DNA of 64,000 nucleotides from Eledone cirrhosa (Eukaryota): NCBI GenBank assembly GCA_964016885.1, contig OZ024745.1:79236001-79300000 (forward strand), read 5' to 3'. Under the pieces are notes generated by a model, which worked only from the letters and a program-made list of their open reading frames with translations, had not been told where the DNA came from and did not search any database. This document shows positions 52,054 to 62,208 of this stretch, in pieces (positions within the stretch are counted from its first letter, which is position 1; each line of letters starts with the position of its first letter). The position numbers were made by a program, and so were the translations under genes.

Positions 52054-54636
52054 ATTATTTTAAAAAGCCAAACAGCAAATCAGATTCTATACCACTGTAT
52101 GATACATTGAGCAAATTATATCCTCAAACCAACAAATGCCTTGCAAGTAAATTTGGTAGATGGAAACTGGTCATCATTCAACATCCATTTCCATGCTTTG
52201 AATTCAACATTGGTAGCCAATGATGTTTGAAGATTTGTATCTTAACACTTTCATGATCATATTTATGAAATATATTTTTTTCCAGTTAATTAATGAAGGA
52301 TTTCAAGGGATTTACGAAAATTATTAATAATTTCATTACCAAGATAGAAACTTAGCATATAGTTCTTAAATAAATTATGCTGGAAGATTTTAATTTAAAT
52401 AAAAACCCTTTAAAATGGGTGGTTGTTTCATGAAACCAGAGCCAATTTTAGCAGGGTTGGTATCAAATGGATTAAAAAAAAGAAGCAAATGAGAGCTCTT
52501 ATCAAGAAGGGCATTCAGCTTTGGAATTCTGCCACAAAATGTCTCATCCAATCCATGCCAGGATGGGAAAACAGACACAAAAAACAATGGTCACAATGTA
52601 ATGAAGAACAATGTCTTTCACCTTAGCTTCTGACAATTCATCACATAAGCATATATTCATAGCTTAGTACAATCACTGTGTTGTACCCCTAGGCATGTAA
52701 GTTGATTGGTTTTAGTTTGCATGACCGACTCAAAACTAGTTGCACTCGCTAAATAACTGATTTATTAATAGCAGGAAGGACAACCAGCCATAAATATTAA
52801 CTGATAATATTGATAAAAATATAAATTTAATATGTATTGTGCAATCTGAAATCCCAAAAGTACAGTAGTAGAGTGAGAACAGGAAGGAGAAAGTTCAGGG
52901 AGCTACTACTGCTGCCAACCACAAAAGGTTTTCCCCTCAAAATGAAAGGCTGATAAAATGATATGTGCATACAAACAACAATGTTGCATGGTAACAAGAC
53001 CTGGGCACTGTGTGCCGAGGACCTATGAAGATTGGAAAGAAATTAAACTTCCATGATTCGATAGATGTGTAATAGTAATATACATGAATGGAAAAGCATA
53101 AATGAACTGAGAGAGAAACTGGGCATAAGAGGGATCAGATGCAGTGTGCAGGAGAGGAGAATGCATTGGTATGGACATGTGATGCATATGAAGGGTGACA
53201 ACTGTATAAAAAGGTGCAGGAGGCTCAAGGTTGATGGAAGCTATGATGTAGGAAAACCTAGGAAGACTTGGGATGAGGTGATAAAAGATGACTTTGCAGA
53301 ATTGCACCGCTTGAAGGCGATGACACAGGATCTAGATCTCTAGCATTATGAAGTAATACAGAAGATCCACTATCCCATGTGCACGGGTTGAAGCATACAT
53401 TTTATATACACAACCTTCCCCTTGCCCCTTCCATACACCCTTCACTCCCCCTCCCACATCCTAACACTCCATACTCTCACAGACGCCCCTGTAAAGTGGT
53501 TGTATTGGTATCACAACAAAAAGTACCCAGCACACACTGTAAATGTGGTTGGTGTTAGGAAGAGCATCCAGCTATAGAAACCAAGCCAAAACCAGTTCAG
53601 TTTGAACAAGACACAGTCGTCTCACAATGGAACAACTCGTCTAACCCATGCTAGAGTGGGAAAATGTACGTTAAATGGTGATAATGATGTTTAGATTTAT
53701 CAAAATGCAATTGTAAACATCAATAACAATTTGCAGATCAATTAATTAAATCAACAAACATGGCAATTACATTCCAAAAATCTCCCCAGAAAATATATTT
53801 TAGATTTGGGAATAATTATCTCAAACACCAAATAGGCATGTGATAATAAGCAAATTATAGAAATAAAACTAGAGAAAGTTTTAAAAGCAAATGTGAGAGA
53901 TACGTAAGCAAAGCAATGAAGAGCACCAATGTTTAACATTATGCAATGTGATTTAAGAAACTAAGAAATATAATTGTTTCTACTTTAGGCACAAGGCCAG
54001 CAACTACCCAGTACATTACTGGTACTTTATTTTATCGACCCCGTAAGGATGAAAGGCAAAGTTAACCTCGGCGGGATTTGAACTCAGACTGTAAAGGGAC
54101 GTAACTATGCTAGAAAGCATGGCGTCCAACCCTCAATGTGTAGAGGATATAAGTCCACATGCTATAATTACTGTCCATGTATCCAAATGGAAGTATATTA
54201 TACTTACAGAATGCTAACACAACATAGCGTATTCATTTGAATATGAAACATATTTTATCGAATATGGCTTAAAAGCAGTATTAGACTAAACACTGTTTAT
54301 GGTGGTGCAATGTTATTATGGGTGGTATATGAAAAGACACCCGAAACTTCAATATTTGGAGTTCAATCACAAACTCTGCCAAAGCATGTTTATATACTGT
54401 AAGTTAGATGGTGACCATCAATATTATGAGTGTAAACTGGGTCATAAAAGGGTTAATAAAATTTATCTATGTATTTAAGGGTAATAATAAACCCTGTGTA
54501 AATCTACATATAGTTAAAGAAACTTTAGTGGACATAATTCAAAATTGAGTTATGCTCTGTATTTTTCCATAAGTGATTAACACATTGACCTTTAATGCAC
54601 TTGGTAACAAATTAGTGTTATACCCACTCCTATTGA

Positions 54637-54689
<53 letters not shown>

Positions 54690-57600
54690 CAAAGAGGGTG
54701 TGGTAAAATAACAGGTGGACCATAATGCACCAGAGTACTCAATACTTAGGGTAGTAGAGTGGATAACAGGTAAAGAATGAGGACCCCGACGGCTAAGTTC
54801 AGCCATCGGGGTCCTGACTATTTTCCTATATATATATACACATACACGCATTTCACTCTCCAAGCTAGCGCATACGTGTGTGTGTGTGTGTCAATGCACA
54901 GCTGCAGGGTCAGCAATGGTGTCTTGAAACATTCATACATTCCATTTTGATTATGGTACATATGACCAACTGCTGTTGCTGATGATGATGAAATAAATAA
55001 ATTTATAAAATAAAATGCAAAGCAGAATTACTTGAACCATGTGAATTCTTAGGTGATGATTTTGAACTGTTTTTCATTTCTGAAGATTTAGGTAATGTAA
55101 ATTCCTCATCTGCCTCATGGCAGCAACACTTATCACTGAAGCTACCAAAATTTCCATGGCCCCTGGCATTCTTTTCCTGATGCAAGTGATTCTTTTGTGT
55201 TTCTTTGGAACAATGATTTCTTGAATGTTGATTCTTTTGTATTTCTTTGGAACAATAATTTCTTGAATGTTGATGATTCTTTTGTGTTTCTTTGGAACAA
55301 TGATTTCTTGAATGTTTATGACAAGATGAATCTGAGGAAAAAAAAAATTTCACTGATAAATGGCATTCAGACATAGGTGACACACGAAAAATCTTGGTGA
55401 ATTTATAGACCACCCCACTCGATTTCAAGTGGAAAACATTTTTTCCGTTTTCTGTGTGCTATCAACTAATCTAACTTCCAAGATCCTGGCCATCATCTTT
55501 TTTCCTGGAGAATGGAAGGGGTGGGGTGGATCACTCCCCCTTGGAGTTTTCTCCCTTTTTTTGCGTGTCATCAATGAGTAAGACCTCCAAACCAGTCGGA
55601 AACGGCAAGCTTTGTACAAAAATTAGGGTGGAAAGACCACCAGTTTTGCAGATCTACACACCTCATGTTTGGTGGGAAATAATCTTTCCTTGTTTTTTTT
55701 CTGAACCTCTTAGATGCTTGCAATCGACCTTTTTCACAGAAAGCAAAAACCCTAACCCTAATCTAGGAAAAAAAGTCTATTGTAAGCATCTAAGAGATCC
55801 AGAAAAAAATCTAGTAAAGATGATTGTTTTGCACTAAAGGTGTGTAGATCTGCAAAACTCCAATGGTCTTTTCGAACATTTTTCTGAAAATCTAGTGATT
55901 TCCAACTGGTTTGAAGGTTTTATTCATTGATAACAAAGAAAAATCGTAGAGAAAACTCCAAGAATTTCTGCTGAAATTAGCTGATTGCCAACATCTTAGA
56001 GGTTATAATATCGACTCCAGTACTTGATTCATACTTCATTTTACTAACGTCTGAGGAATAAAAAGAAAAATTAACTTTTGCCAGATTTGAACTCAGAATG
56101 TAGAGAAGGAACAAATGTTTTCTGATTTAGGCACAAGGCCAACAATTTTGGGGAAGGGGAAAGTCAATTAAATAGACTCCAATGTTTTATTGGTACTTTA
56201 TTTTATCAACCCCGTAAGGATGAAAGGCAAAGCTAACCGCCACAAGATTTGAACTTAGAACGTAAAGATTCAAAACAAATAACGCTAAGCATTTGCTTTA
56301 TGATCTAAAAACTGTCAATCCACCTTCCTTTATGATAATGAAACCAGTACATACATGCTGAAGATACCAAGTGCTGTGCATGTTTATCCTTGAATAGTTC
56401 ACCCTGGGGCCTGCAAAATAAAATATAAATTATACAAATTAAATTAACCAGAAATATTAGAAAAACAAGGAGTGTTGTCTTTCTTCCTTTCCATATCAAA
56501 CTACTCATTTTAAAGTGCTTATATTTATCTAAAAACTCCATAGTGTTGGGGATACTGCAAAGACTAGCTTAATGATGAGAAATTTCTACTATTAAATCAC
56601 TCCAAATTATTATTTTTAAAATTATTTGAAAATTACAGGTAGTGTATTTCATTAAAAATACAGTAATGAAAGAATTAAATTGCTAACATCTTTTATTTTC
56701 AATCTCTCATTCACATTCCACAAAGAAAGAGAAAAAGATAACTTTTTACTCTACATAGCATGGCTATCACAAGACAATCCAAAGATAGTTTTCAACCATG
56801 CAACTCTGTTTATATAATAAATTTCTTTTCACCTTATCAAGGATTTTTTTTACTTGGAATATACAGAAAGAAGGACTAAACTACCTTCCAAAACTTTACT
56901 TCTACCTACACTCACTTTCCAATGCTTCCAAGGAAATGAATTTGAAAAGAAGAAAAGAAAACAAGATTTTATGGTTGATATCTAGTAATTTTGAAATGCT
57001 CTTACCTTTCTGAATCTGAGTAATCAGAGTAATCATCCTAAAAAGAAAGAAATTCAAATGATTAAAAATCACATCAGAAATGCTGTATTTAACTCAAATG
57101 AAGCAGTTAATACTAACATGCATGTAGTCAAACTTGTTCAAGCAGACACATGACCAAAAGCATTCCAGTCACGAGTGCTGTCTTTTTTTTTTTTGCAGGT
57201 ATATGCACCTATGACTGTATTATCTAAAGTGCCCCTTCATTTTTTAAAACAGTAGGGTGTAACATCAGAAAATGACTGATATTTCTAGCAAACTGAGCGT
57301 CCATGTAAAGGTTCGTGAAAACACTGATGCTTCTCTGATCATCAATAAGCAACATCAAGATCAGTTAACAGTTGAATGGCTAACTTCAGTGGAAATCCAG
57401 ATGCTGTAAAGATGTTTCATCATCATCGTCTAACGTCTATTTTCCATGCTAGCATGGGTTAGACAGGTTTGTTCCATTTGAGGCAAGTTGGGTCGGGTGA
57501 ACGTGTCTTGCTCATATAGGACTGTTTCTGGCTGGTTTTCTATGGCTGGATGCCTTTCCTAATGCCAACCACATTTACAGTGTGTGCTGGGTGCTTTTTG

Positions 57601-58327
57601 ACGTGTCTCCTACATAACCACTTTACAGTGTCGGCTGGATGTTTTGTGGTACCAAAATATATATATCATATGATGATGATACTTATATATATTTGTGTGT
57701 ATATACATATCATCATTACCGTTTTAAGTCTATTCTTTCACACTAGCATGGGTTAAACGAGTTGTCCTGTTGTGGGCAATGCTAGGTCAGGTACCCATGT
57801 CTAGCTCAAACAGAACTGATTCTAGCTCTATTTGCTATTCATATACTAGTTGTTATATTGCCAGCCATGACAACCAGCCTAGTGTCTTTGCTTTGCTTAT
57901 ATATGTTCCTATTGTATTCCATTGAATGCATTTAATTTGGCACCAGCACTAGGCTGTCATGTTTTTGACACAGCTGAAGTGTCATGACTATTTGTTTGGC
58001 AAGTTTTCTATTGGTGGATGCCCTTCTTATCACCAACCAGTGTGTACTCGGTGCATTTATTCCATAGATCACCAACACTAGGGGGGGCTGTCATGTTTTC
58101 AACATAACTGAAGAATCCTTCTGAGCCTTTTGGCATGGATTCTACAGCAGGTTGCCCTTATCACCTTACAGGATGTAATGAGTGAACTTTTGTAGCAGCA
58201 CTAGACAAGTTACCCATCATTGCCTCAATTGTAGAGCTCTCTCTAGAATTATGGATAAGTGTGATGTCAAGGTGTATGATGAGTGTGGTTGGATTTGGCA
58301 GGGTGATGAATGGGATGAGTGACTTCT

Positions 58328-58391
<64 letters not shown>

Positions 58392-61300
58392 GACAGAGAG
58401 AGAGAGTGTGTGTGTGTGTGTTGGGGATACTGTAATGTTAGTAACTACTAGAGTATTACGACTGGTGTGGGAGTGTATAATAATGGCTCACAGAGTTACT
58501 AAAGAATTATAATGGCGTGGAGGGGTGGGGGAACTCATGGAAGGGTCAAGCCACATTTATGTTGGTGGTCTTTTCCAATGCTGCATGTTGCCAGTTCTCT
58601 GTTCTTTGTCATCTCCATTGAGAAATTCATCTTCAGGTTGATTTTCACCACTTCCAAAAGTCTCAACCATATACTATATGCCAATATACTCCAGACTTCT
58701 TCACCCAACCCATGCTAGCATGGAACCTCGATTGATTCACTATCACCATCACATACACCCCCAACACTTTCCAAATTCAGGAAAGCCTGGCATACTGCAA
58801 AAGGACAAACACCATTCACCCAACCAGTATACAAATGCCCCCTTTTAGGCACCACCCCAGTATGAACATGTACACCCTAGTGCTTGTGCCACTTCAAAAG
58901 CACCAGTCCACACTGTAAGGTAGTAGCACTGGTGCCATGATAAAATGCTCCAAGTACACTCTAAAGTAATTGGTGTTAGGAAGGGCATCCAGCCATAGAA
59001 ACCAAGTAATACATGCTGTAAAGTGGTTGGTGTTAGGAATGGCATCCAGCCATAGAAACCAAGCCAAAACAAAGCATATAAGCAAGACCTAGTCATCTGA
59101 CTAGTCTGGCCTTAACATGTGATAGCTGTCTAACCCCTGTAAGCATGGAAAAAAACATTAAACGGTGGTGGCGATGATGATCCAAATAAAGAACAGCAGA
59201 GATAGGAGAGAGAAAAAATGTATGCAATACTAACCATTCTCTGCAGACGATCTTTCAACTTCTGTTCATCCTTAAAAGATAGCTTAACAAATAATGAATT
59301 ATTACCAGTTATTTGCAAATTATTAAATTTTGATATTGCAGCTTGTGCCTCTTTGAGGTGAACATATGAAACAAAACTGAAAGAAAAGTACAAATGAAAA
59401 GTAATATATTCAGTAATGTTTGCATACATGAAGAGTTGCAGGGATAATAGTTCATAACACAACATTCTTATTGTGTTGCCTAGATCATCATTTATATGTA
59501 ATATAAATAATAGGTGGCATCATAGAGGAGATATAGTATAATATATAAAAAAGTGTTCCATTAACATGCAGTGCCAGGTCTCTATCCTCATATGTATCTA
59601 GAGAAGTTAACAGGAGTCAACTCGAACACATTGGATTCATAAGCTAAACAATGGCAAAATCAGAGAAAATACTCAGTGGTATTTTGTTATGTCTATTAAA
59701 ATTGAGTTCAAATCCTTTGCAGGTTCACAACTTTTCATTCCTCTGAGGCCAATAAACAATGAAACCAGTTAAAGAATATTTACTTTAGGGAAGAGAGGCT
59801 CTATATTACCTCCTGCATGCCCTGTCAGACTGGTATGATTTATGTGTGTTGTTCAACTGGAATTTCTACAAGAGAATCCTAGTAGGTTGCAGCTCTGGTA
59901 AAGGATTAGAGGAAAGTGCTAATAAATGATGTAAGCAAGTCACAAGATGCAGAGAAGCAGTTAGTGTATCAGCTGATTTGGTGTAGTACAGTTTGTTCAT
60001 TCAAATGAACAGCAACCATTGTAGTAGACTAGCAGAAAAGGACAACACAAACCTAATATTAAGTGAAGTTATGGAACATGTTCAAATAACTCTCAGTATT
60101 CATATAAGACATTAGTGGAAGAATGTGTTTAAATAATGGTCAATTTTTATTGTGATTATCATTACAGTGGTGTTAGAACAATATAGAGACAGCTGATAAC
60201 TAGTATGGGCTTCAAAGAATTCTACTGACAATCTTCTTTCATCAAAACCAACAAGCTGCCTAGCAAATATCTTAGTCAGATAGACTTCATACTAGGAAAA
60301 CGGATAAGCAACTGCTTCTCAATACCAAGTCCTTCCCTGATGAAGAATATATTATTCAAGATAGACAAGTGATGAGCGGCTTTGGGATAAGACCTTGATG
60401 GACTTAGAGATACAAGACAATCAGAAGGAAAGTATAGAAACTAAAAGATCTCTCAGGCAGAAGTAGATTCAAAGAAACACTATCTGATGCATACAAGAAG
60501 GTGAAGAGAGAGACTTATAGAGAACAACAGGGAGTCTTTTTAAGACAACTTGTGAGCTTCAAATCAGATCCATGTACGAAACAAAGTTCCAGTTTGACAA
60601 AAAAAAAAAAAACACCCCAAAAGGATAGAACAGTAGACAGGGTCATAAAGACACCTGAAAAGATTGGAAGAGAAGAAGCTATGAACCTACATTTTTAAAC
60701 TAAGAATAATAATGTATTTATCCACTGACACAAAATCGTCTAATTAATAAAATTTAATTTTAGACATTTAATGTTAAAATAATTCTGACAAAGTACAGTT
60801 AATGAAATATATGATCAACAGGAAATACTAATTTAACTCCAGGTTAGCACTAATTGAGCAGGCATATGAGCAGAGGTATTCTAGTTGTGAGAACTTTATC
60901 TTTTTGTTTAGGACCATATACGAGGTTTGTCCCAAAAGGGCACTGATTTTCCATCATACGACATAGTAACACAGGAGCTCGATGTATAGGTGTGTTGGTT
61001 ATGATCTTGACTGCACATGCATACTTGTTTCAACATGAGTCAGTCGTGAGTTATTGCTGCTTATGTAGAGACATGTTTATAACCTTTTACGTTTGTGGTG
61101 CAGGAAAATATAGAACAATGGTACACAATCAAATTTTGTGAGAAACTCAACAAATCTGCCACCAAAATAATTCTTTAACACAAGCTTATGGAGAAGTAAC
61201 ACAAAGCTTTGAAAGAGTGCCAAGAACATGTTGAAGACGAACCTCATTCTGAAAGGCCATTCGTCAACAAATGAATAAAATGTGGAAGTGGTGTGAGCAG

Positions 61301-62208
61301 TAATGGCGAAAGATCGTCGATTAAGTGTTAGGGTGATCGCAGAAAAAACAGGCTTCGATGAAAAATGTAGTTCAAAGAATTTTAACCGACAATATGCACA
61401 TACAAAATATTTGTGCAAAAGTAGTGTCCAAACACTTGTTTGTGGATTAAAAGGCAAACCAGTTGAAAATTTGTCAGGATTTGCTAGAAAGACTCAAAAT
61501 TGATCTAAATTTCTTGGATAAAATGATGATAGTGAGCAAATCCTCTGCAATATGTTGCCAGATTAACAAACCAATTCATTATCATCATGCTGTGGCCTCA
61601 GCTGAAATAGACTCAACAATAGATCTCCATGTAGATCTGTCACTCATTGCATTGTCTAGATCCTGAACATCAATACTAGTCTCAGGCAAAGACATCAGAA
61701 TAGAAGAGCTTGCAACCTCTTTGGTTTGTGACAGATTTGGTTTCCATAGCACTGAGGGAGACAGCTTAATTTGAGGAATGATGGATATGGCCTGCAAAGC
61801 TCAGCATCCACTTTTGCCAAATATCAAAACTACAAGAGAGACCATTGTATATTTCTCTTAAGTCATTTAACACTAGCATTTAAACCAGCTGTATCCGGCC
61901 AGAATTCTCTCACCTCTTTCTGTTCAAAATGGCTGCTCATATTGACGTTAAGGTATTGTTCTCAAAATAATATCAAAAGCTTGTAGATTCAATATTATGT
62001 GAAATAAATGTTTTCCTTGAAAATATAATAGTAAATATAAAGTAATGTAAATGCTAAAGGGTTAACAAGCAATCCACCAGCCAGAAAAATATTTCATAAA
62101 TAAAATACATAATATATTAACCTACCCATAAGGACTTGGCGTATTTTGGCGATGTATTGTTGCTCTTTGTACTTTACCAACCATGGAAAATAATGCCCGT
62201 AAGCCATC
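17310..62208 (-). CDS. TDRD1: TDRD1/Vreteno-like piRNA-pathway protein: RRM + MYND zinc finger + four extended Tudor domains (19 exons in window, N-terminus outside)
   Basis: Exons 62126-62208, 59235-59376, 57006-57037, 56355-56410, 55032-55331, 51962-52015, 51227-51326, 50675-50762, 48698-49012, 48308-48406, 46802-47029, 44598-44754, 44014-44122, 37766-37966, 34423-35873, 32711-32824, 27962-28129, 26508-26678, 17310-17371 join through GT-AG introns with matching phases into one 3930-nt ORF. The symbol is assigned from domain architecture, not a tree. Confidence 0.85.
17538..18040 (-). mobile_element. RTE 3' fragment, same subfamily as 40550-43640
   Basis: Closely matches the reverse complement of about 43080-43640. 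Confidence 0.88.
18376..21809 (-). CDS. Tx1-like ORF2: AP endonuclease + reverse transcriptase + C-terminal CCHC finger, one frameshift near 18860
   Basis: LNARGL, ICETR, AGDWN, SYLDR, TDH (APE); KSPGLDG, FRPITLLN, DQSKAFDRV, RQGCPLS, AYADD (RT); CPRC...HALVQC in the second frame. Confidence 0.93.
21797..23520 (-). CDS. Tx1-like ORF1 (gag-like, zinc knuckle CHICAGRGHLKAAC, Pro/Thr-rich tail), one frameshift near 22570-22590
   Basis: ORFs 22465-23520 and 21797-22465 are in different frames; the repeated PPNPSL(S/N)KTT unit is split across frames; the stop overlaps the ORF2 ATG region. Confidence 0.8.
24310..25110 (-). mobile_element. Old RTE-like fragment interrupted by a hAT MITE
   Basis: Degenerate RT-region similarity on -; boundaries approximate. 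Confidence 0.5.
24744..25015. mobile_element. hAT (Charlie-type) MITE, 272 bp
   Basis: TIRs CAGTGCTACTCAAA / TTTGAGAAGCACTG; perfect 8-bp TSD CTCTAGTC at 24736-24743 and 25016-25023. Confidence 0.92.
26508..26678 (-). CDS. TDRD1: Tudor gene penultimate coding exon
   Basis: GKSKEKWTKEKLRQLREHPIAVEVV...; GTGAGT donor. Confidence 0.82.
27962..28129 (-). CDS. TDRD1: Tudor gene exon, Tudor core 4
   Basis: DGKWYRAKI...VFYIDFG...IPILAARCSLA. Confidence 0.92.
28600..31649 (+). mobile_element. CR1-type LINE, near-complete ORF2 with several frameshifts and (ATT)n tail; 5' boundary approximate
   Basis: LNARSL, TETW, YRPP, GDFN, GDSDH (APE); SPGLDG, FAKAFNSV, PQGSVLGPLLF, YADDIKLY (RT); CR1-type C-terminus VRPHLEFASSVWNPY, TRGHGYK; tail at 31626-31649. 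Confidence 0.9.
32711..32824 (-). CDS. TDRD1: Tudor gene exon (ALEALSDITEQLNEIC...PEIGEVICAKNS)
   Basis: ctttcAG acceptor, GTAGAT donor, phase 1 to 1; leads into Tudor 4. Confidence 0.87.
33090..33830 (+). mobile_element. piggyBac (PGBD4-like) 5' relic
   Basis: PGPVNI, IETNKY, EMRVYIAFQIVMGV..P, ITRDRLDKLNEYFH match the piggyBac transposase N-terminal region. Confidence 0.72.
33830..34152 (-). mobile_element. tRNA-derived SINE
   Basis: Head GGCTTAGTGGTTAGGGTG..GTGAGTTCAATG and ttccttgagcaag domain. Confidence 0.72.
34423..35873 (-). CDS. TDRD1: Tudor gene large exon (1451 nt): Tudor cores 2 and 3, Ser-rich linker, start of extended Tudor 4
   Basis: DWARA...FLIDFG and AKFSQDNQWYRG...FFVDYGNSE motifs; GTGAGT donor. 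Confidence 0.93.
37766..37966 (-). CDS. TDRD1: Tudor gene exon, N-part of extended Tudor 2
   Basis: VNILDVKSPENFLVQL motif; GTAAGT donor. Confidence 0.87.
39190..39440 (+). mobile_element. 5'-truncated copy of the same SINE
   Basis: Near-identical to the reverse complement of 46181-46440. Confidence 0.82.
39717..39911 (-). mobile_element. Second SINE family (ggcacaaggccagcaa end), with TSD cctagtaataattaata; further copies near 5920, 14717, 26267, 38755, 45530, 47450, 49690, 53972 and 56000-56300
   Basis: Recurrent motifs ggcacaaggcca, tactggtactttatt and gagttcaaa; direct repeats flank several copies. Confidence 0.75.
40550..43640 (+). mobile_element. Near full-length degraded RTE-clade LINE (APE + RT + PHD-like finger), (GAT)n tail
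   Basis: ATLNVG, GVGILL, SAYAPQ, AGDFNGHVG, NYRGIKL, FVDLEKAFD, LYADD, FRYLG, HGSETW, RLRWYGH, GRPRK; many stops and frameshifts; 28-bp tandem duplication at 40775-40830. Confidence 0.92.
44014..44122 (-). CDS. TDRD1: Tudor gene exon (EGNRINKKIVNNLEIS...)
   Basis: catcAG acceptor, GTAAGT donor, phase 1 to 2; absent from the ORF track. Confidence 0.78.
44598..44754 (-). CDS. TDRD1: Tudor gene exon, SN-like C-part of extended Tudor 1
   Basis: AVCCVLS...VYIYDD; AG/GT boundaries. Confidence 0.83.
46181..46512 (-). mobile_element. tRNA-derived SINE with RTE-derived 3' tail
   Basis: A/B-box-like head (TAGTGGTTAGAGC..GAGTTCAATTC), central ttccttgagcaagacactt domain, tail cccttgcaagcagggaaaagcggatgtaaaa(tga)n. 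Confidence 0.85.
46802..47029 (-). CDS. TDRD1: Tudor gene exon, Tudor core 1
   Basis: GQLYACMFSEDSVWYRA...VKYIDFGNCE. Confidence 0.93.
47760..48055 (-). mobile_element. Degraded RTE 3' fragment
   Basis: Similar to the reverse complement of the RTE 3' ORF and tail. Confidence 0.65.
48308..48406 (-). CDS. TDRD1: Tudor gene exon, N-terminal strands and helix of extended Tudor 1
   Basis: VLVTYVDKLNIYVQL motif; 99 nt, phase 0. Confidence 0.87.
48698..49012 (-). CDS. TDRD1: Tudor gene exon, Ser/Lys-rich linker
   Basis: 315 nt open, AG/GT boundaries, phase 0. Confidence 0.82.
50300..50420 (-). mobile_element. RTE 5' fragment
   Basis: Reverse complement matches about 40555-40660. Confidence 0.7.
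50675..50762 (-). CDS. TDRD1: Tudor gene exon (NMSLQELAERFDVDLDLNSSANKSSLKGS)
   Basis: AG acceptor, GTGAGT donor, phase 2 to 0. Confidence 0.8.
51227..51326 (-). CDS. TDRD1: Tudor gene exon, MYND finger (TKRCSRCKTPYCSMRCQEKAWMNGHQNEC)
   Basis: Canonical MYND CxxC..YCxxxCQxxxW..HxxxC pattern. Confidence 0.92.
51962..52015 (-). CDS. TDRD1: Tudor gene exon, start of MYND finger (KKQCANCGSE)
   Basis: First CxxC of MYND; long poly-U tract acceptor, GTGAG donor. Confidence 0.88.
52860..53690 (+). mobile_element. RTE 3' fragment with long 3' UTR, same family as 62368-63592
   Basis: ELREKLGIRGIRC..RMHWYGHV..GKPRKTWDEVI, then the shared UTR and tail. Confidence 0.85.
54645..54688. repeat. (TA)n microsatellite
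   Basis: Direct reading. Confidence 0.95.
54689..54826. mobile_element. Short non-autonomous element inserted in (TA)n with subterminal GC hairpin
   Basis: (TA)n on both sides; hairpin AGGACCCCGA-C-GGCT/AGCC-A-TCGGGGTCCT at 54780-54815. Confidence 0.6.
55032..55331 (-). CDS. TDRD1: Tudor gene exon, low-complexity linker with 3x 14-aa repeat
   Basis: Open 300-nt exon, AG/GT boundaries, phase 1 to 1. Confidence 0.78.
55187..55315 (-). repeat. Coding tandem repeat, 3 x 42 nt (HSRNHCSKETQKNH/Q)
   Basis: Units 55187-55228, 55229-55270, 55274-55315. Confidence 0.9.
55470..56007. mobile_element. Foldback (palindromic) MITE-like element with central CCCTAA repeats
   Basis: Arms 55540-55665 and 55838-55962 are imperfect reverse complements, with further inner and outer arm pairs; centre aaccctaaccctaa at about 55748-55761. 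Confidence 0.8.
56355..56410 (-). CDS. TDRD1: Tudor gene exon (RPQGELFKDKHAQHLVSSA)
   Basis: ttttgcAG acceptor, GTATGT donor, phase 2 to 1. Confidence 0.7.
57006..57037 (-). CDS. TDRD1: Tudor gene 32-nt microexon (DDYSDYSDSE)
   Basis: Polypyrimidine-TAG acceptor, GTAAG donor; supplies the phase 0 to 2 change needed between neighbours. Confidence 0.7.
58328..58421. repeat. Compound (GA)n(GACA)n(GA)n(GT)n microsatellite
   Basis: Direct reading. Confidence 0.95.
59235..59376 (-). CDS. TDRD1: Tudor gene exon, RRM C-half (FVSYVHLKEAQAAISKFNNLQITGNNSLFVKLS...)
   Basis: RRM RNP1/helix2/beta4 pattern; AG/GT boundaries; phase-compatible. Confidence 0.88.
60919..61525 (+). mobile_element. mariner 5' relic
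   Basis: tacgaggt start; EQ.YTIKFCEKLNKSAT, VEDEPHSERP, DRRLSVRVIAE, KICAK.V.K.L. Confidence 0.8.
61580..61805 (-). mobile_element. RTE 3' terminus (DLDNAMSDRSTWRSIV*), TGA-repeat tail
   Basis: RTE C-terminal DR..WR motif followed by tgatgat. Confidence 0.65.
62126..62208 (-). CDS. TDRD1: Tudor gene exon, RRM (DGLRALFSMVGKVQRATIHRQNTPSPYG)
   Basis: ttttacAG acceptor, GTAGGT donor; RRM helix1/beta2, joins the next exon to form RNP1-like PYGFVSY. Confidence 0.85.

Noticed and set aside
54310-54365. Hammerhead remnant GGGTG..CACCC-GAAAC
   Set aside because: The CUGAUGA core is absent; too degenerate to call.
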